Assembly: GCA_048938105.1 (NCBI GenBank)
Contig: JBHLMN010000014.1
Coordinates: forward strand, 99,062 to 163,061
DNA length: 64,000 nt
Origin: Promethearchaeota archaeon
GTDB lineage: Archaea; Asgardarchaeota; Heimdallarchaeia; Hodarchaeales; Hodarchaeaceae
Reading direction: 5' to 3'
How positions within the stretch are numbered: the first letter of the stretch is position 1; each line of letters opens with the position of its first letter. The position numbers and the translations under genes were made by a program. Positions 11,163 to 21,400 of this stretch are shown in pieces. The notes beneath the pieces are model-generated. The model did not search any database. It saw only the letters and a program-made list of their open reading frames with translations, and was not told where the DNA came from.

Positions 11163-11714
11163 ATGTTAATAACTACCTCTCGGGATCCCACCCAATATTT
11201 ACGTCGTGTAAGTAAAATCATTACTCTCTCGTTTCCCAATTCCCAAAGGATGAACCGTGGTTCATTAAGTCTGAATAAACTCTTCACTTATTGTTGGAAT
11301 AAACAGATTTCTAGGCTTCTCATCCTTCAAGGGACTACAGAGGAGGGTCTAGTCTCAGTTAAGGCTTATAAAATAGGAAAAATACCCCAATTAGTAGAAG
11401 CTACAGTTGAATTGAGTAAGATTATATCTTTACAAAAACACAGGAAGAAACAACGTATCAATATTGAGAAAGTTTGCTTCGACTTTTCCGAGGAGGTAGA
11501 TAAAATGATCAAAGAAAGAATTACAGACTTTTTTCAACATGTGTTTAAGGATTCAAAACATATAAGTACAAAGAACTTGCTAACAATTAGTTTTAGAAAA
11601 GAAACTAAAAATTCTCTCATTGGGCAAGCTGTTCTACAAAACTTATTACAATCACTCCTTCTTTATAAGATTCAAATCACTTCAGAATGCGTTAACAATG
11701 AGTACCAAACTTGA
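11163..11714 (+). CDS. Brix/Imp4-domain ribosome biogenesis protein
   Basis: MLITTSRDPT...RMNRGSLSL; superoperon position after L37Ae. Confidence 0.8.
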   Translation: MLITTSRDPTQYLRRVSKIITLSFPNSQRMNRGSLSLNKLFTYCWNKQISRLLILQGTTEEGLVSVKAYKIGKIPQLVEATVELSKIISLQKHRKKQRINIEKVCFDFSEEVDKMIKERITDFFQHVFKDSKHISTKNLLTISFRKETKNSLIGQAVLQNLLQSLLLYKIQITSECVNNEYQT

Positions 11715-11964
11715 AATTCATTTTTCTATTCAATACGATTGTGAGGATCAAGCTCAAATTATCTTTACATCTTTGTCACCAGAGATTCAAGAACAACGTT
11801 TTGAACGTTCTAAGGCATCAATCAAATTGAAAGGTCAAAAAATCGTCATTAATATCACTGCTCAAGATATTAATGCAGCAAAGGCAACCATTAGTTCAGT
11901 TTTGCGCTGGATCTCTACAACATCTAAAGCAGTTATGACTTTGTCAAAACAAACTTTTAATTAA
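11698..11964 (+). CDS. pcc1: KEOPS complex subunit Pcc1
   Basis: IIFTSLSPE...ITAQDINAAKATISSVLRWI; ATG at 11698 preferred over the track start. Confidence 0.85.
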   Translation: MSTKLEIHFSIQYDCEDQAQIIFTSLSPEIQEQRFERSKASIKLKGQKIVINITAQDINAAKATISSVLRWISTTSKAVMTLSKQTFN

Positions 11965-12029
11965 TAAGCAGACTTCAACGATTAAACCTGAATTATCTAA
12001 CAAATGACTTATAAGTTGTGATAACAAAA

Positions 12030-12392
12030 ATGGCCTTTCGTGAACTCTCCCCAGCTAAACAAGAACAACTCCTGAGATTTCGACAGCTGGAACAAACTGT
12101 TCAGAACCTACGAATTCAACAAGCCGAAATTTCACGAACTCTCTCTGAAATCGAGATGACTAAAAAGGAGCTACAAAAGTTAGATTCAGAAAGTGAAGTT
12201 TGGAAAACTGTAGGATCAGTGATGTTCCCTAAAAAGGTTAGTGATGTCCTTAAAGAATTAACAGAGCGAGCAGAGTTACTAGAGCTTAAACAAAAGAGTT
12301 TTTCTTCACAAGAAGCACAGAATATGAAACGTTTAGAGGAATTACAAGCTCGCTTAAGCGAAGAATTGGGTAATCTACAATCATCGAATTGA
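12030..12392 (+). CDS. pfdB: Prefoldin beta subunit
   Basis: Coiled coils flanking the EVWKTVGSVMF hairpin; superoperon position. Confidence 0.9.
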   Translation: MAFRELSPAKQEQLLRFRQLEQTVQNLRIQQAEISRTLSEIEMTKKELQKLDSESEVWKTVGSVMFPKKVSDVLKELTERAELLELKQKSFSSQEAQNMKRLEELQARLSEELGNLQSSN

Positions 12393-12425
12393 ATGACTGA
12401 ATTCAGGAATAGTAATGTGGAATAA

Positions 12426-12698
12426 TTGGTAGTCAAAGACCTAGATGAGGTACTTGATCAATTATACATCAAAATTCGACAATTTATTATTACAGAAGTT
12501 GGTGAGGATTTAGATCAAGACCTGATTGATATTAATCTTGAAACAACAGAGAATGGAGAATTGATTGTAAGCATTGATCTATATTTGGAATTGTCCCCAT
12601 TTTCTAGCTATGATGTACAAAGAATTGCAGAAGAAGCTATCAAATACGGTATTAAAGAAGCTGATCAAATTCTTCCTTCATACAAAATTAGTATATAA
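12426..12698 (+). CDS. DUF3194-like small acidic protein
   Basis: Acidic 90 aa ORF, IDLYLELSP...IAEEAI; conserved position after pfdB. Confidence 0.65.
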   Translation: MVVKDLDEVLDQLYIKIRQFIITEVGEDLDQDLIDINLETTENGELIVSIDLYLELSPFSSYDVQRIAEEAIKYGIKEADQILPSYKISI

Positions 12699-12717
12699 TA
12701 TTCTTTGATGTCTCAAT

Positions 12718-13722
12718 ATGTCACAAATAAACTGTTGTAAAAACATTCCTTTCACACGGGATCTACAATCTAAAAAAACATATTGTAAAAAGCATTTCAC
12801 AGACTTAATTGAGGATCGAGTAAGAAAGACCATTAATCAATATAATATGTTGAATAGAGATGATCACATTGGTTTGGGGTATTCGGGGGGGAAAGACAGC
12901 ACAGTTCTCCTTAATATACTCTTTAAGTTTAAAAAACGATTTTCTCAGTGTAATTTGACCGCATTGACTATTGATGAAGGCATTAAAGGATATCGAGATG
13001 AATGTTTAGAACTTACTCGGAAAATTACTGAGAAATATCATATTCCTCATGTTATAATATCCTTCAAGGATATTTATGGTGTAACACTAGATCAAATAGT
13101 GGAAAAAAGCCTTTCTAAGAAACATGCATTATCTGCTTGTTCAATTTGTGGTATCCTACGTCGTAGGGCTTTAAATTATGCAGCTCGACGGATTAATGCC
13201 ACAAAAATTGCCACTGCACATAATTTAGATGACGAAGCACAATCAATTCTGCTGAACCTGTTACGAGGAGATTCAAATAAATTCATTCGTTTTTCTCGTT
13301 TTCCTATTCAAAAGTTTCAGACCTTAATCCCTCGTATACGACCGTTTGTACGAATATCTGAACCAGAAATCGTCCTCTATGCATATGCAAAAGATTTGGA
13401 GTATCATTCATACCCTTGTCCTTATGCTTTTTCTGCTATGCGAAACAACATCAGGACATTTCTTTCCGAAATGGAGGAAAAACGCCCTAGTACTTTACGA
13501 AATATAGTGAATCTTCATGATTCCGTCTCTCAATATTTCCCTCAAGTACATAAGCTTGAAGCCCCATTTTTATGTCAGAACTGTGGTGAAGTTTCCACAC
13601 ATGAAATTTGTCCGATATGTAAGCTCTTAGATGATCTTGGGTTTGAAAATAGACTGAAATCTGAGGAATCTCTCAATCCTCACCCACAGTCAGATATTTT
13701 TGATCACTCTCGATCCTTTTAA
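12718..13722 (+). CDS. ttuA: tRNA 2-thiolation protein TtuA/Ncs6 (TIGR00269-type)
   Basis: SGGKDS PP-loop, CSICGILRR, ATAHNLDDEAQ, CPY, C-terminal Zn finger. Confidence 0.9.
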   Translation: MSQINCCKNIPFTRDLQSKKTYCKKHFTDLIEDRVRKTINQYNMLNRDDHIGLGYSGGKDSTVLLNILFKFKKRFSQCNLTALTIDEGIKGYRDECLELTRKITEKYHIPHVIISFKDIYGVTLDQIVEKSLSKKHALSACSICGILRRRALNYAARRINATKIATAHNLDDEAQSILLNLLRGDSNKFIRFSRFPIQKFQTLIPRIRPFVRISEPEIVLYAYAKDLEYHSYPCPYAFSAMRNNIRTFLSEMEEKRPSTLRNIVNLHDSVSQYFPQVHKLEAPFLCQNCGEVSTHEICPICKLLDDLGFENRLKSEESLNPHPQSDIFDHSRSF

Positions 13723-13954
13723 TCATCCGTTGATTCTTTTTAATAGATTGAATGTGGATTAAACCTTTTATTTCTAATTTCATTAAAGCTCGGTTCAATT
13801 CTCGTTCAGAGAATTCTCCAACATCGTTTTTAAGCAAACGAATCAAATCATCTTCTAATAGTACGCCTTCACGTCGTTCTACAATATTCATGATTGAAAA
13901 TGTCAATGGGAATGGTCTCCAATAAGGATCTTTATTTACCACGATCTTTGTCAC
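13673..13954 (-). CDS. Small winged-helix hypothetical protein
   Basis: FSERELNRALMKLEIKGLIHI wHTH-like pattern; downstream of cdc48. Confidence 0.6.
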   Translation of the reverse strand: MTKIVVNKDPYWRPFPLTFSIMNIVERREGVLLEDDLIRLLKNDVGEFSERELNRALMKLEIKGLIHIQSIKKNQRMIKRIESDQKYLTVGED

Positions 13955-14204
13955 CTTTTATTTTTTGTCAGAGATAACAATATTGAAATAGGAGCGATAT
14001 TAGGGGTATATCCATTTGGTAGAGAATTGATTCGATTGAGGTGAACACCTTGATGAGAAAAATATAATTGAGTTCAAGATTATTCATCTAATGAATTTTT
14101 TGGTAGATTCAATTATTCTCTCTTGAAAATATACTTAAGATCATCTTCTAAGCAATAGTAATTGGAAGTCCTCGTAACTAGTCATAAAAGCATTAACGAG
14201 CATA

Positions 14205-17200
14205 TTATCCAAATAGGGGAACAGTTGGTTGAGAACCAAGAGCTATTCTTCGTCTGAATTGAGATTCTTGATTTTCATACCATTTCATCATTTCTGGAGT
14301 GCAGGAGGAATGAACTCTCGACAGAGAGGACTCAAAATGCCGCCATTCAACAATATTGGTATCTAAACCTTCACGAAGAGCTATCATACCAGCTTCGCGG
14401 CATATAGCTTCAAGATCAGCTCCTACATAATATTCTGTTTCCTTTGCCAGCCGATCTAGATTTACATCTTCAGCTAGTGGCATATTCTTTGTATGGATGT
14501 CTAATATTAACTTGCGACTTTCTTCATCAGGAGGAGGGATGTAAACAACACGATCAAATCTTCCAGGTCTGAGAAGAGCGGGGTCAATCATATCTGGACG
14601 ATTTGTAGCTGCTAGCACCACAACATCTCTTAAAGGTTCTATTCCAGCTAATTCAGTTAGAAGTTGGCTGATGACTCGTTCATTTACCCCAGAAGAGTCA
14701 CCAGTTCCTCTTCGGGTAGCAACAGCGTCAATTTCATCGAAAAATACAAGGGCTGGCGAGGCAGTTCGTGCTTTACGAAAAACTTCTCGAACTGCTTTTT
14801 CACTTTCCCCAACCCATTTTGATAAGAGTTCGGGACCTTTTACACTGATAAAGTTCACTTGGCTTTCTGTTGCTAAGGCTTTAGCTAAAAGAGTTTTTCC
14901 AGTTCCAGGTGCTCCAAATAAAAGAACAGCTCGAGGAGGATTTATCCCTAATCGTTGGAAACTACTTTTTTGCCTTAGGGGCCATTCGACAATTTCAATG
15001 AGTTCCTGTTTGATGGAGTCCATCCCACCAATATTCTCCCATTTCACGTTAGGAACCTCAATAAATACCTCTCTAATTGCAGAAGGATGGATCTCCTTTA
15101 GAGCATCCTCAAAATGGCGATCCTCCACCTTTAGATTATCAAGAACAGTCGGTGGGATGGTATCCTCGCTTAGATTGATCTCAGGTAAGATTTCTCGCAG
15201 CTTTTTCATTGCAGCTTCACGTCCTAATGCTGCAAGATCCGCACCAACAAACCCATGTGTTATAACTGCAAGTTTTTCTGTATCCACATCTTCTATTCCT
15301 GGCATCCTTCTCGTGTGAATCTGAAGGATTTCTAAGCGTTCATTTTTGTCGGGAACCCCAATTTCAATTTCACGATCAAAACGTCCAGGTCGACGTAAAG
15401 CAGGATCGACTGCATTGGGCCGATTGGTCGCTCCAATAACAATTGTTTCTCCACGGCTTTCCAATCCATCCATCAGGGCTAAAATTTGTGCAACAACACG
15501 TCGTTCGACTTCACCAGTGACTTCCTCTCGTTTAGGAGCAATAGCGTCGATTTCATCAATAAATACTATACTTGGCGCGTTATCTTCAGCTTCTTTGAAT
15601 ATCTCGCGTAGTCTGGCTTCGCTATTATGCACTAATAATCCGTTTGCAATAAAATTATGGTGTTTTGGTACTTCAAAATCATATACATGCGCTTGACTTC
15701 GTTCAATTCGTCGAATTGGTGTCCATATTACTTTCAAATCTAGTAAGTAGTTGATTTTGTCAAGTAAGATACTATCTAAGCCTTTTTCTTTGAATATAAT
15801 ATATGCTTTACGCAGTTGTTCAATAGTTAACCCTTTAACAGCAGGATTAATCCCATTTCGTAATAATTCTCTATGTCCAATATTCGCTTTTTTAGCATTC
15901 TTGTATATCCACTTAGCTATAGGGATTCTATCATAAGTAGGACGAGAATATTCTCTTTCGATTTTACTCATCATTTTTTCTCGTTTCCTCTGATGGATAA
16001 ATGAAATATACTTCTTAAAATTCTCTATTGATGAATTATTTGATATAAACAATCTCCAAGTTCCATCTCTCTTTCTGTGAGAAATAGTCGAGAGAATATC
16101 AAACCTAAGAAGACAGAGCTTGATACCTTGGATTAGCTTTCTGCTTTTTGAAGTATATGTGATTTGAATACTCCTTTTTTCAGGATTCTTCTCCGAAATA
16201 AATTGTACTCCACCATCAGAATCAAATAATCCCCGCAAATAGGACTTTAATAATTTTATAGGTGTATTTATTACGTAATGAGGAACAGTTACGGTTTCTG
16301 ACTTTTTAGAAACAGGCAATCCTAAGTTATGTAGGAGATCACCAATAGGTCGTGAATTAAAGTAATACGAATAATCAGCTTTAGAATATTCGTGAGGAGT
16401 AATATTGAAAGTATTTTTTATCGCTTTAATATACTGATTTTTAACAGCTTCATCTTTTGATGTTAAAATTATTTGAGTAACAGTTCCGTATGAATGTGAA
16501 TATCTAAGATGACCGTCTCCAGTAAGTAAGCCAAGTATATACATAAAATCTTCAGTCATATAAAGAGGGACTTTTCTATTATGTTCCAAATATAAATCGT
16601 ATTGATCATCAACGGGATATAATGAAAAAAGCTTTTTTACATATAAAGCAGGAATTTTCCCTTTAGAATACTTTAGGGTTTCAAATTTCCTCTTATTAAT
16701 CCCTAATTCTTTTGCATACTCTCCACTTTTTCCGTATTCTGACATATTTGAAAATAGATTTTTAACAAGTTCGCCACAAATGAGAGTATTGTCCTTCAGA
16801 CTATTGAGAACTAGTGGTGTTTTCGTATCTATAATCCTTAACGTTCTAGGACTAGCAATTTGATCTCCAACCTTTAATTCATCTGCGTAGATCCAATTTA
16901 ATTCTCCATCATACAGAGTCAGAAACCTTGAAGAAGGTGTAACCTCAAGTTGTCCATGTGGAGTTGTTATCTTTAATGTGATTTGGGTTCCTTTGTCAAA
17001 TAATTCTTTCACAGGTAGAAGGTTTATCTCTCCGGTATCAAAATTCAATCCTGCAATCGAATGGACTTTCCCATTTTGGATTGTCTTTCCAATGGATTTC
17101 AATCCGTTTCCATTTGTAAAAACCAAAGAATCTTTAGCGACACATTCACCGTAGAACTTAGACATGATTTCAGGCCCTTGAATAGGAATGAAATGGGCCT

Positions 17201-17921
17201 CTGATTCATTAGCAACTGCTTTAGCAATGAGTGTTTTACCTGTTCCTGGGGGTCCGTGTAATAAAACTCCTTTAGGTGGATCAATTCCCAATTTTTTAAA
17301 GAGTTCAGGATGTTTCAAAGGTAATTCAACCATTTCACGAATTCGTTGAATTGCATCTGATAAACCACCAATATCCTCATAGCTTACCCCTGGCATTCCA
17401 GTTTCAATTTCAGAAACTGGTTTTTCTGAAACATTAAGTTTTGTTGTATCAGTGATTAATACAATATCTGTTGGAGTTGTTGAATTCACAACAAATGGTA
17501 TAGATCTACCTAGAATAGGGATGAGAACCGTATCATTCTTGGAAACAGGATATCCTAACAATTTTCGTTTTACAAAGGCTTCAAAACCATAATCGAGGGA
17601 AATTTGGCGAGTTGGTGCAATATTGACCGTTTTGGCTACTTTTATCTGGGCTTTTTGGATCCGAACATTCTCTTCTAACGATACCTTGGCATTCCTACGA
17701 ATTATTCCATCCATTCGTACAATACCAGCTCCCTGATCTTCAATGTAAGCAGGCCAAGCGATAGCTCCTGTTTTTTGCCTTCCTTTAATCTCGACAACGT
17801 CACCAGTTGTGATACCAATTTCTCGCATATTGATATCATCCATACGGATTTTTCCCCGTCCCACATCACGTTGTCTCGCCTCGGCAACCTTTAATACAAC
17901 TTCCTTTGCCAATATCCTCAA
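14205..17921 (-). CDS. cdc48: Cdc48/VCP (VAT) AAA+ ATPase containing a 507-aa intein
   Basis: N domain, two AAA modules ([23 protein letters not shown]); the extein is 731 aa once the intein is removed. Confidence 0.96.
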   Translation of the reverse strand: MRILAKEVVLKVAEARQRDVGRGKIRMDDINMREIGITTGDVVEIKGRQKTGAIAWPAYIEDQGAGIVRMDGIIRRNAKVSLEENVRIQKAQIKVAKTVNIAPTRQISLDYGFEAFVKRKLLGYPVSKNDTVLIPILGRSIPFVVNSTTPTDIVLITDTTKLNVSEKPVSEIETGMPGVSYEDIGGLSDAIQRIREMVELPLKHPELFKKLGIDPPKGVLLHGPPGTGKTLIAKAVANESEAHFIPIQGPEIMSKFYGECVAKDSLVFTNGNGLKSIGKTIQNGKVHSIAGLNFDTGEINLLPVKELFDKGTQITLKITTPHGQLEVTPSSRFLTLYDGELNWIYADELKVGDQIASPRTLRIIDTKTPLVLNSLKDNTLICGELVKNLFSNMSEYGKSGEYAKELGINKRKFETLKYSKGKIPALYVKKLFSLYPVDDQYDLYLEHNRKVPLYMTEDFMYILGLLTGDGHLRYSHSYGTVTQIILTSKDEAVKNQYIKAIKNTFNITPHEYSKADYSYYFNSRPIGDLLHNLGLPVSKKSETVTVPHYVINTPIKLLKSYLRGLFDSDGGVQFISEKNPEKRSIQITYTSKSRKLIQGIKLCLLRFDILSTISHRKRDGTWRLFISNNSSIENFKKYISFIHQRKREKMMSKIEREYSRPTYDRIPIAKWIYKNAKKANIGHRELLRNGINPAVKGLTIEQLRKAYIIFKEKGLDSILLDKINYLLDLKVIWTPIRRIERSQAHVYDFEVPKHHNFIANGLLVHNSEARLREIFKEAEDNAPSIVFIDEIDAIAPKREEVTGEVERRVVAQILALMDGLESRGETIVIGATNRPNAVDPALRRPGRFDREIEIGVPDKNERLEILQIHTRRMPGIEDVDTEKLAVITHGFVGADLAALGREAAMKKLREILPEINLSEDTIPPTVLDNLKVEDRHFEDALKEIHPSAIREVFIEVPNVKWENIGGMDSIKQELIEIVEWPLRQKSSFQRLGINPPRAVLLFGAPGTGKTLLAKALATESQVNFISVKGPELLSKWVGESEKAVREVFRKARTASPALVFFDEIDAVATRRGTGDSSGVNERVISQLLTELAGIEPLRDVVVLAATNRPDMIDPALLRPGRFDRVVYIPPPDEESRKLILDIHTKNMPLAEDVNLDRLAKETEYYVGADLEAICREAGMIALREGLDTNIVEWRHFESSLSRVHSSCTPEMMKWYENQESQFRRRIALGSQPTVPLFG
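15624..17144 (-). mobile_element. Intein with LAGLIDADG homing endonuclease in the Cdc48 D1 domain
   Basis: SKFYGE|CVAKDSLV...[21 protein letters not shown]|SEARLRE; endonuclease blocks LGLLTGDG and LRGLFDSDG. Confidence 0.95.
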
Positions 17922-18084
17922 CTTTATACATTAATTAACAAAGTATTGAACTCTTGTCTAGTTGTCCTGATTCTTGTTTAAAATTAGTTTCTATTTAATC
18001 CTATTAATATTACCTCTAGATGTCAGGAAAATTCTAATGCTTCATCACCCAGAAAATTTTTTAATACCTAAAAACATTGTGAAA

Positions 18085-18372
18085 TTAATAATCAATGATT
18101 GTTTGAAGTTCAATTTCGCAATTGTCCACTTCTTCCAGAGCTATAAGACGATCCTCAAATTTTTGAAGTGTTTCAGTTCCTTCATCAGAGTCAGCTGTTT
18201 TTACGAAGAGTTTAATGGCATATAAGCCGAAAAAAAGGGGCTCCTCTTCGTTCTTAAGTATTTCTAAATTTAAGTCACTTATTAAGTTGGTTTGGACGTG
18301 AGAAAGCACCTCATTGCGATTTACTTCTGGGGAAGTGGGAATTATCTTCAATATCGATAGAACATTAGACAT
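18085..18372 (-). CDS. ef1b: Elongation factor 1-beta
   Basis: LKIIPTSPEV and EEPLFFGLYAIKL. Confidence 0.9.
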   Translation of the reverse strand: MSNVLSILKIIPTSPEVNRNEVLSHVQTNLISDLNLEILKNEEEPLFFGLYAIKLFVKTADSDEGTETLQKFEDRLIALEEVDNCEIELQTIIDY

Positions 18373-18442
18373 AATTGAGCCTCAATTAGTTACATTTAAG
18401 ACTAGCAGTTGAATAAACCGCATTATATTAAACAAAATGACA

Positions 18443-18625
18443 TTAAGGTCCTGAGAATCCACAATTAGGACAAGTATATCGGTTCCCCAATTTTCGACAT
18501 CGTTCACAACGAATTATGGGGATCATTCCACAGGAAGGACAAGGAAATCGTGTTGTTCCATGTTGACTAGGCATAACAGCAACTTGACAGGGATTACATC
18601 TTTGCATTCGGATGATTTCGCTCAT
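18443..18625 (-). CDS. Zn-ribbon protein (DUF1610/HVO_2753-like)
   Basis: FPCPSCG..IIRCERCRKLGNRYTCPNCGFSGP; conserved neighbour of EF-1beta. Confidence 0.9.
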   Translation of the reverse strand: MSEIIRMQRCNPCQVAVMPSQHGTTRFPCPSCGMIPIIRCERCRKLGNRYTCPNCGFSGP

Positions 18626-18965
18626 TACAAGTACCTCAGTGTCTATTTGCCTCGCCTAAAGAAAGCATAATAAATTCTTCTCTTTGTTTCAATCCTTCCT
18701 CTAGTTTTCCTATCATTTTCTAGCTATAGATGAAAAGAGTATTCTCACAATTAAACCAGATGAATGAATTTAGTAATGATGTAAACAAAAGCAATGGATG
18801 AATACGATTTATCAGTTGGATGTTCACGATCTAGCAAGATAGATTTATTTTAATAGAAAAAAACAAGAAAATGTTCTTCAAACAACATTCGAATTTAGGG
18901 ATATTTTGGAGCTTAAAAATGACAGAGAGACATAAATTTTGTGAAAGTATAGACCTTTAATTTAA

Positions 18966-19394
18966 GTGATTAAATTGGCAACATATGAACATATCACCAT
19001 TGATAGAGATGAAGAATCTTCATCTACAGAAAAGATTCAAAAGATATTAGATAGTCTAGGTGCAGTTCAAGGAGTGGAACAAGCACTTTTAGTAAGCGAA
19101 GAAGGATTTCCTATAATGTGTGCACGAACTACACCAATTTCCGAAGAAGTTGAAACATTGGTGTCTGCCATGGTCGCTGGAATTGTCAGTACTTTTGCTG
19201 GGGCTTGTGTTCAACTTAATTTGGGAAAGGAAATAAATTTCATCCATGTTCAGACCCCCCTTGGTTTAGGCTTAATCTCTAGTGTAGGGAGTACCATTCT
19301 CGTATTGATAACAAAACCCAAAGTCAAGCTTGGATTAATGCATTATCTTATTACTTCAACTAGGACTAAAATGTTAAAAGTGCGGGAATTTTAA
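18966..19394 (+). CDS. Roadblock/LC7 domain protein
   Basis: GVEQALLVSEEGFPI, VSAMVAGI, LVLITKPKVKLGL. Confidence 0.85.
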   Translation: MIKLATYEHITIDRDEESSSTEKIQKILDSLGAVQGVEQALLVSEEGFPIMCARTTPISEEVETLVSAMVAGIVSTFAGACVQLNLGKEINFIHVQTPLGLGLISSVGSTILVLITKPKVKLGLMHYLITSTRTKMLKVREF

Positions 19395-19543
19395 TTTAAT
19401 CCCGACAAAACTTTCTCTTTGCCCTATTTTAATTTATTAGTTACTACAAAGACAAATCTTTTATTTTTCACTAGATGCCATTGATTATAAAGGAGAGAGT
19501 AAATGCAATCAATTGCAAAAATTCTGATTAGGATGAATCTTAT

Positions 19544-20005
19544 TTGCCATTATTAGAATCTAATTTAGTGTTACAATCCGTTAAATGTGATAAAACAGGA
19601 GTCGAACCGATATGCGTTCTTTGTCCTGACTGTGAGGGCTGTGAAACGGCTCTTCGCGAGATTATTAATTTTAAAAATGGTCAGTTAATTAGACAAGGCA
19701 ATTCAGCTATTGCTTCCCTCAAACTTCGCTTCAATGATCCTGTTGAACAGTTTATTTTCGAACGAATTCGAAATGAGCTATGGCGAGATGCTGGATCGAG
19801 ATTAAAAGTTATACGAGAACCAGAAGAAGGATACCAAATTTCATTTTTTCTCAATACAGAAATGGTAAAAACTGTAGAACAACGAGAAACTTTAATTGAC
19901 TATTGGGAGAAATTCAGTATAAATATGCGGCGAATCTTAACAGATGGAAAAATGGTTATCAATAAATACGTTCGTAGTCGTGCTGAAGCTTCCCGTTTAT
20001 CTTAA
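19544..20005 (+). CDS. ARP2/3 complex subunit 4 (ARPC4)-like protein with N-terminal Cys cluster
   Basis: NSAIASLKLRFNDPVEQFI...REPEEGYQISFFL...KMVINKYVRSRAE parallels eukaryotic ARPC4 NSVRVSIAVKQADEIEKIL...RKPVEGYDISFLI...KLSVNARARIVAE (alignment from memory). Confidence 0.75.
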   Translation: MPLLESNLVLQSVKCDKTGVEPICVLCPDCEGCETALREIINFKNGQLIRQGNSAIASLKLRFNDPVEQFIFERIRNELWRDAGSRLKVIREPEEGYQISFFLNTEMVKTVEQRETLIDYWEKFSINMRRILTDGKMVINKYVRSRAEASRLS

Positions 20006-20122
20006 TTTATGTAAAAACATCCAATTATGATATTTTTCATACTTAAGTATATTTTAACGACAAAATCTAATTTAAAAAGTCAAAATTTGATTTTAAAAAA
20101 AGGAAATGAAAAAGGAATTATT

Positions 20123-20563
20123 TTATGGGTTAAATTCTCTGGTTAAAGTCGAAGGTGTTGCTTTAGCATCATCAGTGGGTCTAAATGAGACTGTGACTCT
20201 CCACTTAGTTATTGTACCAGCGATTTCTTCATCAAAAGTATATTTTAATATGTCTCCCTGTCCAGCTTCAATTGAAATTTCGGTAAAATCAAATTGTGCT
20301 TCTACCCATGTACCGTTATTTGCCTCAAGCTTAATATCTGTTATTGTCGCACTTTTGGTACCTGTACTCTTAATCTCAATTTTTGCTGTGCCATTAGTAA
20401 AAACAGGAGTTCCTTGAAATTCTATCTTCGTGCTTGTGGAGATCATTGGTATTATTACGAAAAATAACGCTGCACCTGCAGCGACTGCAAGTCCAATTAA
20501 TAGAATTGCAGCTATAACGGGACTGACTGCACGCTTTTTATGATATAATCTTAGGATTTTCAT
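20123..20563 (-). CDS. Archaeal type IV pilin-like protein
   Basis: Class III signal peptide KKRA|VSPVIAAILLIGLAVAAG followed by a beta-rich domain. Confidence 0.88.
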   Translation of the reverse strand: MKILRLYHKKRAVSPVIAAILLIGLAVAAGAALFFVIIPMISTSTKIEFQGTPVFTNGTAKIEIKSTGTKSATITDIKLEANNGTWVEAQFDFTEISIEAGQGDILKYTFDEEIAGTITKWRVTVSFRPTDDAKATPSTLTREFNP

Positions 20564-20770
20564 TATGATTCATTCTCCGCTTTTTTTTTTTGATTTCAAA
20601 ATGTCAGAAATTGACTTGTTGAAACATGTATTACATATTACTTAAACTTTTCATTATACTAATTTCTCAATATAGAAATATATTACTTTAAAATTTGAAA
20701 AATTTTCAGGCATATCAGTTCTTACTAATAATAATGTGAATATTAAATTTGAATAAAAAAAACAGAATAT

Positions 20771-21280
20771 TTACAATGTTGAGAGTAAAATACCAATATT
20801 TTGTCTTAATTTGGCCATTGTCTGTTCAAGGGTTTCAACCAAGACTCTTGTTTTTAATATCTCCATAAAGTTTAAATCACCAAAATAGCGAGGTACAATG
20901 TGCCAATGTAAATGTTTTACACTTCCTCCTGCTGCATTTCCAATATTTAATCCAATATTAAAAGCTCTTGGTTGATGAGTGATTTTTAGTAATTTAATTC
21001 CTCGCTGTAATAATAAAGCAAGATGAGTGACTAAATCTGTCGGTACCTCTTCATAATGTTCATAATGTTCCAAAGGTGAAACCAAGAGATGTCCTGGATT
21101 ATAAGGAAAACGATTGAGTAAAATCATGCTCTGATCATCACGAAAAAGTTCCCATGCTTCTATTCCTGCTGTTTTATGGGTGATAGCGCAAAAAAAACAC
21201 TGATTTGGATCTTTCTTTTGTTTAACATATTCAACTTTCCACGGGGCTGTAAGATAGGTACGAAACAATGGTTTTGGCAC
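20771..21280 (-). CDS. HIT-family hydrolase (Ap4A phosphorylase-like)
   Basis: APW..Y, CFFC, LNRFPYNPGHLLV, HLHWHIVPR. Confidence 0.92.
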   Translation of the reverse strand: MPKPLFRTYLTAPWKVEYVKQKKDPNQCFFCAITHKTAGIEAWELFRDDQSMILLNRFPYNPGHLLVSPLEHYEHYEEVPTDLVTHLALLLQRGIKLLKITHQPRAFNIGLNIGNAAGGSVKHLHWHIVPRYFGDLNFMEILKTRVLVETLEQTMAKLRQNIGILLSTL

Positions 21281-21400
21281 AGAAATTCTCCTCTTTAGTG
21301 AGCTTTTGGCAATTAAAATATCTAATCTGTCTTCTCTGAACTTCTTTATTTACAGATTGCGGGATATTGGTTCGGAAAGATTTTTTTTATCTGAAGAGGA

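Noticed and set aside
14671-15696. Long antisense ORFs over cdc48 (and similar ones over nadK, rrp41, rrp42 and the second cdc48)
   Set aside because: Shadow ORFs of conserved genes on the opposite strand
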